A stretch of DNA of 64,000 nucleotides from Candidatus Micrarchaeota archaeon (GTDB taxonomy: Archaea; Micrarchaeota; Micrarchaeia; Anstonellales; Bilamarchaeaceae): positions 282-64,281 of the forward strand of contig JAZDMN010000049.1 of NCBI GenBank assembly GCA_043800955.1, given 5' to 3'. Shown piece by piece: positions 56,267 through 64,000 of this stretch. The first letter of the stretch is position 1; each line of letters opens with the position of its first letter. Made by a program: the position numbers and the translations under genes. The notes beneath the pieces were generated by a model. That model had not been told where the DNA came from. It made no database searches and was given only the letters and a program-made list of their open reading frames with translations.

Positions 56267-57429
56267 CTGCGATAACCCTTCTTTGCCAGTTCTTCGGCTT
56301 TTTCACCAAACCGCCGCAGGAACACATCCCAGGTATAATCGCGCTCCACTTTGGACCGCCCTTCCTTCCCCATCTGTGCGCAGTGCTCCGGGTCCTTGGA
56401 AAGGAGCTCCATCTTGGCGGCCATGTCCCACATGCTGTCCACGAGGTATCCATCCCTGTTGTTCACGATGGTCTCCTTCGGGCCGCCTTCGTTCCTTGCG
56501 ATGCATGGCTTGCCTGATGCCATGGCTTCGAGGGGGACCAGGCCGTAGTCCTCGTTTATTGGCGTGTAGAGCACTGCGGTGCATCGTGCGTATAAATCGC
56601 GCAGTTCCCAGTCGCCCACGTTGGTCTTGATTTCGATATTCGGCCCGCACATCGAGCGGATTTTCTTGAGGTAGGAGATGTGCTCGGGGCGCTTGGACAG
56701 CGCGCCGGTTATGATGAGTTTCCAGTTTTGGGTTTCGGGTTTCCCGGAGCCTGGCTTGGGATTCTGGCGGTTTGAGAATAGCTTGAATGCCTCGATTGCG
56801 TACTCGAGCTCCTTCTCAGGGGCGATTCGTGAGGGGTAGAAGAAATACTGCTCGAAGGACTTGCATGTGAATTTTTCCGCTTCGACGCCCGGATGCAGGA
56901 CCTCCGAGCTCCTCCTCAGGTATTTGGTGATTCTTGCCTGGCTGTTCCTGCTATTTGTGAATATGTGCTCGATTTTCGGTACTGTCTGGTTTTCGAGGAA
57001 TTTGAAGGGCTGGATTGTAGACCAGAATATCAGGCGCGAGAGGGGGTTCCGCCTCTTCTGGCGCCATTCGTAGAGGTCGAATGCCTCGCGGTTCGGGGTA
57101 TGGCAGTACCAGATTACCGGGGCATTCTTGTTCCTTATCCATTCCGAGGGCGTCTGGTGCGCATTTATTACGTCGTAATCCGTGAGTTTCGTGTTGTAGA
57201 AGTGCCAGCCGGCGTCAATCGCACCCGAGACCCTTTTTCCAAGAGGAAGGGAGCGGAACGGGCTTGGCTTTGCGATTTCGATTTCCAGGTTCGAGAATTC
57301 CTTGAACGTGTTCTCCGCATCGTAGTTTATGCAGTGGATTCTGGCCTTGAAATGCTGGGCGATTTTGAGTACGACGCGTTCCATGCCGCCGCGTGTCTCC
57401 AGAAACGGGGTTGTCACGATGAGCTTCAT
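56263..57429 (-). CDS. GT4 glycosyltransferase (ALG2-like)
   Basis: GGMER, YCHTP and EDYGLVPLEAMASGKP motifs. Confidence 0.9.
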   Translation of the reverse strand: MKLIVTTPFLETRGGMERVVLKIAQHFKARIHCINYDAENTFKEFSNLEIEIAKPSPFRSLPLGKRVSGAIDAGWHFYNTKLTDYDVINAHQTPSEWIRNKNAPVIWYCHTPNREAFDLYEWRQKRRNPLSRLIFWSTIQPFKFLENQTVPKIEHIFTNSRNSQARITKYLRRSSEVLHPGVEAEKFTCKSFEQYFFYPSRIAPEKELEYAIEAFKLFSNRQNPKPGSGKPETQNWKLIITGALSKRPEHISYLKKIRSMCGPNIEIKTNVGDWELRDLYARCTAVLYTPINEDYGLVPLEAMASGKPCIARNEGGPKETIVNNRDGYLVDSMWDMAAKMELLSKDPEHCAQMGKEGRSKVERDYTWDVFLRRFGEKAEELAKKGYRR

Positions 57430-58613
57430 TTCCCCCCACCTCCAAGAAGCCGTGCCAATCCCGGAACATCAGTAAATACGACCCTGCAGCCTTCGACCTG
57501 GATTTCGCCCGGACTTCCATTGTATGAAACCACTACCGCCAGCTTCGGCCGGTAGGCCTCTATGAAAGAGCGCATGCTCCGTTCAATCTTTCCTGGAGAC
57601 GGACTGAGCTTCACCTCTATTGGTATCGGCGCCCCATCGTTTTCCAGGACGAAATCCACCTCGGCTTTGGCCTTCGTCTGCCAGTATTTCACGTTAAAGC
57701 CGAGCTTCAACAGTTCGCTAAAAACATAATTCTCGAAGAGCTTCCCCCGCTCGCTCATATCCTGCGGGAAGTCATTGGCTATCGCATTCCGGAGGCCGGT
57801 ATCGACAAAGTATATCTTCGGCTGTTTCGTGACTTCCTTCAGCTTGTTGCTGAAAAAAGGCTCGACGCGGCATATCAGATAGCTCCGCTCCATGGCATCC
57901 AGGTATTTTTTCACGGTCTGGAACGACATCCCCATGTCATTTGCGGCCTTCCCGTATATCAGAACATTCCCTATGGAATGGGTCAGGTACCTGACGAACC
58001 GCTCCAGCGAGCCGATATCGTCTATCGAGAACGTCTTGGCAACGTCTTTCAGCACCATGAGCTCATAGAGGTCCCGCAGAAGGGTTTTTTTCATGTCAAT
58101 CCCCTCGGTCGTAGCCACTTTAGGGTATCCGCCGTAGACCATATGCTCCCAGACAAGCCGCTTTATTATCGCTTCAGTATGCTCTTTCTGGCTTTTTGCC
58201 TTCATGAATTCGCTGAATGAAAATGGATAGAGCCGCATTATTGTCGCCCTGCCCACCAGCCACGAAAGGACATCCTTAGCGAGGAGCGCCTGGGACGACG
58301 AGGTTATCCAGAGCTTCCTCCCCTTATCGGCAAGATATTTCAGCTTGCCGCCGGCATCTTTGCCGTACTGGACTTCGTCCAGCACGGCGAGGGGATGGCC
58401 TTCAAGGTACTGGCTCTCGAATTTCTTTATGTCCTCATCGAACAGGCCGCGGACATCCGGGTCGTCGAACATCAGGTAGGGGACACTCCTGCTTTTTACG
58501 AGCTCTTTCAGGAGTGTCGTCTTGCCGGCCTGCCGTGGCCCTACAAGAGCCGAAATCAGGTAGGTTGAAGAGACAGTGCCGAACTTCTCGGTGATATCCC
58601 GTTCGACGTACAT
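57426..58613 (-). CDS. AAA_14 + DUF4143 ATP-binding protein
   Basis: GPRQAGKTT, LDEVQ, YGGYP, KIYFVDTG and EVDFV..PIEVK motifs. Confidence 0.92.
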   Translation of the reverse strand: MYVERDITEKFGTVSSTYLISALVGPRQAGKTTLLKELVKSRSVPYLMFDDPDVRGLFDEDIKKFESQYLEGHPLAVLDEVQYGKDAGGKLKYLADKGRKLWITSSSQALLAKDVLSWLVGRATIMRLYPFSFSEFMKAKSQKEHTEAIIKRLVWEHMVYGGYPKVATTEGIDMKKTLLRDLYELMVLKDVAKTFSIDDIGSLERFVRYLTHSIGNVLIYGKAANDMGMSFQTVKKYLDAMERSYLICRVEPFFSNKLKEVTKQPKIYFVDTGLRNAIANDFPQDMSERGKLFENYVFSELLKLGFNVKYWQTKAKAEVDFVLENDGAPIPIEVKLSPSPGKIERSMRSFIEAYRPKLAVVVSYNGSPGEIQVEGCRVVFTDVPGLARLLGGGGK

Positions 58614-58713
58614 GGATGGTGTTTCTCACGCAAGGTATTTAAATATTGACTAAAATTGAACCTTAGGTTAAGATTAGTATTACTTTTATTAAACTCGACT
58701 TTAATTAAAAGCT

Positions 58714-59067
58714 ATGCAGGGCGGGATAATTGTCGTGATTGTCACCTTCGGCATGCATGCACGCCTCCGGAAGCACCTGGAGCTTCTTGAGGCCGGGGCG
58801 ACGGTATGCGCCTACGACCCCGAGGCGATGGGGAGCATGAGGGACGTTTTCCCTGCTGTAGAATACGCAGGCAACTGGGAGGAATGTCTTTCAGGGTGCG
58901 ATGCGGCCCTGATTGTGACGGCATGGCCCGAGTTCGTGAAAAGCGCCAAGGAGTACAAAGAGGCGCTAGGGAATGCGCCATTGCTTGATGCGAGGAGGGT
59001 CTTGCCTCCGAATACGGCTGCTGAGGCTGAACTCCGCTATCACGCGATCGGACGGAGCGCACCCTAG
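58714..59067 (+). pseudogene. C-terminal fragment of UDP-glucose/GDP-mannose dehydrogenase
   Basis: GATVCAYDPEA, DAALIVTAWPEF, LLDARR and YHAIGR present; N-terminal domains absent. Confidence 0.75.
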
Positions 59068-59127
59068 GATGCCTCTGCTTCCGGCACGTCCGAAACAGTC
59101 ATAGGATGAATATAGAGCGCAGGTGCG

Positions 59128-59264
59128 CGCTGACCCTGGAAGGCGAGCCGAAACAGAGGGAGCCGGGCCGCTCCCTTGCGAAGAAGGAGCTAGGATGGGT
59201 TGCGAAGACCGGGCTTGATGATGGTCTGAAGAAGACTGCTCGGTATTTCCACAAGATCAGGTAG
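59128..59264 (+). pseudogene. C-terminal remnant of an SDR epimerase/UDP-glucuronate decarboxylase
   Basis: Manual translation EGEPKQREPGRSLAKKELGWVAKTGLDDGLKKTARYF matches the typical SDR-e C-terminus. Confidence 0.65.
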
Positions 59265-60228
59265 TATTCTTTTCCAATGTCACTTCGATGAAATCCCCAA
59301 CTCTGAGCAGGTTTGTTATCTCAGAAAAAATCGAAAACCCGGGAATTAGCAGAATTTTGATGGGGAAGGGAATTTTCAATTTAATCCCGAGCTGGCCCTC
59401 AATCACGTACCGCGTACTGTCCAGGTATCCCGAGAAATCGCCATTATACCTCATACGGATAATCTTGAACCCGTTCCGTTCCCCATATTTCCGGATATTT
59501 TCCAATTTGAACAAATGGAGATGACGGGGGGTGTCAAGGTGATACCAGAATTTTTTATAACATCTTTTACCGAATGCTTCAGCGTTAGGGGTCGCTATAA
59601 TTACCTTTCCGCCGGGCTTGGTTACTCTTCTCAAATCCAAGAACACTTCGGATGGTGAGTCTACGTGTTCCAAAACATGGTTCATGGTCACGATATCGAA
59701 ATATCCTTCTGGGAAGTTCACTACATGAAAGGCGCTGTTCCATATCTTGAATCCGTCCCTTTTCGAAATGTCTGGATTGAACCCGAATGGCTCAACTCCA
59801 CTAACTTCATAGCCAATTCTTTTGGCAATACACAGGAATTTTCCATCTCCACAGCCGATATCGAGGAGTTTCGGCTTTCCTTTCGGTTTTGGAAGACTGC
59901 GATTTGCCAGCACACGATAGACGGGGTAAAGCAGCAAAAGGGCCAGCCTTGAGACAAGACTATTTTCGGCGTCTGCCTGCAATCTGAAAAGATAATATTT
60001 AATGGACTCAAATCTTGCCCCGGAGGGGTCGTTTCCGAGCGATCCATAGCTAGAAGGATATGCATCTTTAATCTGGGACGCGGTGGGTGGCGGATCTAAA
60101 AACTCCAAACCGCATTTTCGGCACCTCACGGAGGAGAAACTTAAGCCAGTATTACGAAACATCCTGTCGTAGTTCCTATAAAGGGATTCGAACTCGGAAC
60201 CGGAGCAGCAATCGCATTCTCTTGTCAT
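59257..60228 (-). CDS. class I SAM-dependent methyltransferase with an N-terminal Zn ribbon
   Basis: CDCC..CRKCGL, LLDIGCGDG, HVLEH and PRHL motifs; AT-rich. Confidence 0.9.
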   Translation of the reverse strand: MTRECDCCSGSEFESLYRNYDRMFRNTGLSFSSVRCRKCGLEFLDPPPTASQIKDAYPSSYGSLGNDPSGARFESIKYYLFRLQADAENSLVSRLALLLLYPVYRVLANRSLPKPKGKPKLLDIGCGDGKFLCIAKRIGYEVSGVEPFGFNPDISKRDGFKIWNSAFHVVNFPEGYFDIVTMNHVLEHVDSPSEVFLDLRRVTKPGGKVIIATPNAEAFGKRCYKKFWYHLDTPRHLHLFKLENIRKYGERNGFKIIRMRYNGDFSGYLDSTRYVIEGQLGIKLKIPFPIKILLIPGFSIFSEITNLLRVGDFIEVTLEKNTT

Positions 60229-60354
60229 ATAAAGTACCGGGCATCGTTTCCCTGCGGTATTTCCAACGAGGGACTGGCAAGGAAATCAGTTTGTTGTTGA
60301 CTGACTCACCTCTTGCATTAAAGATTTATTATCCCTAGCATCCAATCTAGATTC

Positions 60355-61443
60355 ATGGGAAAACTTCTGTCTATATGCATACCCACTCTCCAGAGGAAAG
60401 CGTCAATTCAATCCGTGCTTGACAGCTTGCTGGAAGTAGTCGGAAAGCACAAGGACGAAGTGGAGATATGCGTATCCGACAACGGTTCCACGGACGGCAC
60501 CTATGAGATGCTCGTTTCGTACTCGAAGAGGTACCCGTTCATCAGGGTGAGAAGGAACAGCGAGAACATCGGCTTCGACGCAAACATGGCGACCCTCGCG
60601 CAGATGGCCGAGGGGAGATACTGCTGGCCCATAGGCGACGACGACGAGGTTGTGCCGACCGGTGTCGAGAGCCTACTGGCGCTGCTCAAAAAGGACGAAT
60701 GGCTCGCCGGGCTTGCCTTCGCAGGGCTGCAATCGGATATCAAGGTCATGGTCAAGCATTTTCAGGCCGAATCCTACACCCGGGACGAGTTCGTGTCGCA
60801 TTACATACGCTACATCAGGAGCACGCCCTACTTCGCACCTGGGTTCGGATTCCTGGGATGCTTCGTATTTGATTCTGCTAAGCTCAGGGGAGTACTCGGA
60901 CGGTTCGAGGGTAATGGATATGGCTGGGTGCACTGGACCATGTATCTGCACATCCTGTCCCATTCCGATGGGATGGTCTTCATCCAGCACGATACCATGC
61001 TGAACTACGGGAGTCCGCCGGACAAGGTATACTATCCGGAGCAGGAGGTCTATACGTTTTCTGAGCGAAAGCTCAAGGCCGTGCGGGCAGCGGATCTTAG
61101 CCCGGTGCTCCGGATCGCTGTAGAAAGCGTGCTCACGAAGCTTGACGGGCAGTACGCACGCGGCCTACTGGAGCTCATACTAATCAAGGACATCGTACCG
61201 AAAGAGAAATACGAGAAAAGCAAAGCGAAGATACTCGAAATCGGCAAAAGCGTTCCACTCCTGTCCCCATGGGGTATTGCCGGGCTGGGTCTCAGGGCTC
61301 TTGAAGCTATACCGAGAGCGGCTTTTCTTTTCCGTATCGTGCCAAAACTCAACAATTATTCGAAAAAGATGAGGAAACATGAGAAAGGGCTGCTGCAAAC
61401 AAACGAGCAACGGGAAGCGATAGACAAATGGAAGAATAAATAG
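60355..61443 (+). CDS. GT2 glycosyltransferase
   Basis: LSICIPT, SDNGSTDGT, NIGFDAN and GDDD motifs. Confidence 0.88.
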   Translation: MGKLLSICIPTLQRKASIQSVLDSLLEVVGKHKDEVEICVSDNGSTDGTYEMLVSYSKRYPFIRVRRNSENIGFDANMATLAQMAEGRYCWPIGDDDEVVPTGVESLLALLKKDEWLAGLAFAGLQSDIKVMVKHFQAESYTRDEFVSHYIRYIRSTPYFAPGFGFLGCFVFDSAKLRGVLGRFEGNGYGWVHWTMYLHILSHSDGMVFIQHDTMLNYGSPPDKVYYPEQEVYTFSERKLKAVRAADLSPVLRIAVESVLTKLDGQYARGLLELILIKDIVPKEKYEKSKAKILEIGKSVPLLSPWGIAGLGLRALEAIPRAAFLFRIVPKLNNYSKKMRKHEKGLLQTNEQREAIDKWKNK

Positions 61444-61479
61444 TTCCATTAAGCATGCGTGACCCGGTTTCAAAATTAA

Positions 61480-62742
61480 TCAGGGGGCACGGACTATCTT
61501 GGGTGATGGTATCGGAATTATGAACTTGCCGCCGGACTTTGCATAACCTTCCTGCTGTTTCATTATTTCACTGGCAAAGTTCCATGCTAGGATTAATGTA
61601 TAATCTGGCTTGCGACGCAGTAGCGCCTCCGGAGAATAAATGGGAAGGTGCATCCCGGGAGTGTAAAGATTTTGTTTGTAAGGACTCCTATCCACCGTGA
61701 AATCCAGAAATTTAGTGTCAACCCCGCAGTAGCATAGAAGCGTGTTTCCCTTGGCCGGTGCGCCGTAAGCTGCTATGCTTTTCCCCTCCTTCTTGAGCTT
61801 TGTAAGGAGGGATACAAGCTTGACCTTCAGCCTTTCCACGTTCTCCGCGAAATGCTGGTAGGTCTTTAGTTCCATGATGCCACGCTGCTTCTCCAGCTCA
61901 AGCAGTTCCACGACAGATGGCGTCACTTTGCGGGGGCCACCCTGGCGCTGGATGAAAAGTCTTACCGAGCCGCCGTGTATGCTCGTCCTTCGGACGTCGA
62001 AAATCTCCATCTTGTGCATGGCGAAGAACTGCACGAGCGGATGGATGGAGAAGTAGGACAGGTGCTCATGGTATATCGTATCGAATTCGGTGTTCTCCAG
62101 CAGGTTGACCAGGTAGGGGAATTCCAGGGCGAGGAAGCCGTCTTCCGAAAGCAGGGCCTCGACGCCGTCGATGACGTCGTGTATGTCGTCGATGTGGGCG
62201 AAGACGTTGTTGCCCAGGATAGCCGTCGCCTTCCCGTGCTCCTTTTCCATCGCCGTGGCGCTTTTCGAGTTGAAGAATTCAGCGATGGTCGGTATGCCCT
62301 CGGCGTTCGCCTTCTTCGCGATGTTCTCCGCCGGGTCTATGCCGAGGAACCGGATTCCGTGCCTCTTGAAATTCTTGATGAGGATTCCGTCGTTGCTGGC
62401 GATTTCCACCACGAACGCCTTCCTCTTGTCCGCGTGCATTCCGGCGATTTCATCGGCATAATCCGAGAAATGCCTCATGAGCATGGACGAATTTGATGAG
62501 TAATAAAGATAATGGCGGAAAAGGGTTTCCGGGGGGACAACAGTGCCTAGCTGTACGAGGCCGCAGACCTGGCAGAACCAGACATCAAGTTTCGCCTTGA
62601 ACTCCGGCTTATCCAAATCCTCCTTCCTGAGATAGCTGTTCGCAAGCGCCACATTTCCCAAGTCGAGGAATTCCATAAGGCGCTCGCTCTTGCATATGCG
62701 ACAGTGCAAAATATCACCACGGGATGAAAAACATGATTCCAA
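61480..62742 (-). CDS. NDP-hexose C-methyltransferase (Methyltransf_13/14-type)
   Basis: CRIC..C..CGLVQL, EIASNDG, FDTIYHEHLSYF, HGGS, YGAPAKGNTLL and ILAWNF motifs. Confidence 0.92.
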   Translation of the reverse strand: MESCFSSRGDILHCRICKSERLMEFLDLGNVALANSYLRKEDLDKPEFKAKLDVWFCQVCGLVQLGTVVPPETLFRHYLYYSSNSSMLMRHFSDYADEIAGMHADKRKAFVVEIASNDGILIKNFKRHGIRFLGIDPAENIAKKANAEGIPTIAEFFNSKSATAMEKEHGKATAILGNNVFAHIDDIHDVIDGVEALLSEDGFLALEFPYLVNLLENTEFDTIYHEHLSYFSIHPLVQFFAMHKMEIFDVRRTSIHGGSVRLFIQRQGGPRKVTPSVVELLELEKQRGIMELKTYQHFAENVERLKVKLVSLLTKLKKEGKSIAAYGAPAKGNTLLCYCGVDTKFLDFTVDRSPYKQNLYTPGMHLPIYSPEALLRRKPDYTLILAWNFASEIMKQQEGYAKSGGKFIIPIPSPKIVRAP

Positions 62743-62816
62743 ATCGGACGATGCTCGGAATTAATATAATCACTTACAATTAAAAAGAATCGAGAATGAC
62801 AAGCGGTGATTTCGAG

Positions 62817-63710
62817 ATGCATGCTGTGGTGCTTGGCGGAAGCGGGCTGGCGGGGGAAAGCATCGCATTGGTCCTTATGGAATCCGGCTTCAAGGTATCA
62901 TATACATATTTTAGCAACGCGCTCGAGATTCCGGGGGCGAAAGGCTTCAGGCTTGATGTCTCGGATGCCGGCGCGCTGGATGATTTCCTTGAGGCTCGAA
63001 AGCCCGGATTCGTTGTGAATACTGTCGCGCTGCCATCAGTGGACAAGTGTGACGTGGATGAGGAACTGGCGTTCAAAGTGAACGCAGAGCCCCAGCGGGT
63101 CCTTGCGGGATACTCCATGAGGAGCGGAGCGGCGATAGCTTTCATGTCCACTTCGAATGTTTTTGGCCCTTCTGGAAGGCCACTCGTCGAGGATGACATA
63201 CCCGGCCCTATAAGCGCCTACGGAAGGACCAAGCTCCGGGGGGAGGAATATACGCTCCTGTCCAAAAAGCATATCATTCTCCGCGCAGACCAGATATACG
63301 GTTGGACGCGGCATGGGCAGAAGCATACTTTTGTTGAGAAAACCCTTGAGAAACTAAATGGGGGGAGTGAGGTGGAGGTCTGCAGGGACTGGTATAACTG
63401 CCCCACCTACGCAGGCGATATAGCGGCAGCGCTTGCAAGGCTTGTCACGAAAGGCCGCTGGGGGGTGTACCACAGCGTGGGGTCGACATACCTGAACAGG
63501 TATGAGTGGGCTCTAACCATCGCAAATGTTTTCGGGTTTGATGGCTCCTTGGTTAAGCCGATAGATTCGTCTTCCCTGAATCTGCCTGCCAAGCGCTCCA
63601 ATTGCGCGCTTTCTAATAAGAAAATCACAATGGAAAGCGGGGTGCGGTTCCTTTCGGTGGACGAAGGGATGAAGAAAATGAAGGAGGAAGAGCCCCGGGG
63701 CAGGGGATAA
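62817..63710 (+). CDS. rfbD: dTDP-4-dehydrorhamnose reductase-like SDR
   Basis: GGSGLAG, VDKCD, ST..VF and YGRTK motifs. Confidence 0.82.
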   Translation: MHAVVLGGSGLAGESIALVLMESGFKVSYTYFSNALEIPGAKGFRLDVSDAGALDDFLEARKPGFVVNTVALPSVDKCDVDEELAFKVNAEPQRVLAGYSMRSGAAIAFMSTSNVFGPSGRPLVEDDIPGPISAYGRTKLRGEEYTLLSKKHIILRADQIYGWTRHGQKHTFVEKTLEKLNGGSEVEVCRDWYNCPTYAGDIAAALARLVTKGRWGVYHSVGSTYLNRYEWALTIANVFGFDGSLVKPIDSSSLNLPAKRSNCALSNKKITMESGVRFLSVDEGMKKMKEEEPRGRG

Positions 63711-63713
63711 GCC

Positions 63714-64000
63714 TTATTCGAAGCATTTGGCATCCTTGAAAAGAGGCCACTTCCGGTCTTTATCGGATATTATGGGATTCGGGATGCCCCAGTTAATCTT
63801 AAGCTCCGGGTCATTCCACAGAACTCCTGCCTCCTTGTCCGGGTAATAGTTATTATCTGCCTTATAGAGCATGGTGGCCTCCTCGGTCAGGGCCACGAAA
63901 CCGTGCGCAAAACCCGGGGGAACGAAAAGGCTGACCATATTTCTTGCCGAAAGGACGAGACCGGTCCACTTTCCGAATGTCGGCGAGCTCTTCCGCAGGT
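63714..64000 (-). CDS. rfbC: dTDP-4-dehydrorhamnose 3,5-epimerase (5'-partial)
   Basis: LRKSSPTFGKW, VPPGFAHGF, WNDP and SDKD motifs; frame runs off the window end. Confidence 0.92.
   Translation of the reverse strand, partial: LRKSSPTFGKWTGLVLSARNMVSLFVPPGFAHGFVALTEEATMLYKADNNYYPDKEAGVLWNDPELKINWGIPNPIISDKDRKWPLFKDAKCFE

Overview
Archaeal chromosomal window. TBP, RpoF, eL21, eS26, proteasome alpha, RFC-L, Hef, XPD, PurP and BHB-intron tRNAs show it is archaeal; multi-intron tRNAs and many orphan ORFs suggest a DPANN lineage such as Micrarchaeota (inference, no phylogeny run). It is mostly housekeeping genes interleaved with orphans, and it ends in a surface-glycan cluster (about 49.7-64 kb). 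There are four tRNAs: Leu-CAG, Phe-GAA (2 introns), Arg-TCG (2 introns) and Val-TAC (1 intron). The most notable observations: (1) a free-standing LAGLIDADG endonuclease appears to have invaded pth2, stranding the native 5' end as a 22-codon stub and supplying a recoded replacement 5' end; (2) structured 85-92 nt trailers after tRNA-Phe and tRNA-Val (2 tandem copies) each carry an antisense copy of their own tRNA 3' end and then regenerate that end, and a near-identical terminal hairpin lies after tRNA-Leu; (3) TBP has an in-frame amber codon just inside its second repeat; (4) a glutamine-synthetase homolog has lost four of six metal ligands; (5) a dispersed heptamer repeat occurs in tRNA introns, trailers and in frame within proteins. 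All calls are by eye from motifs; no searches were run.
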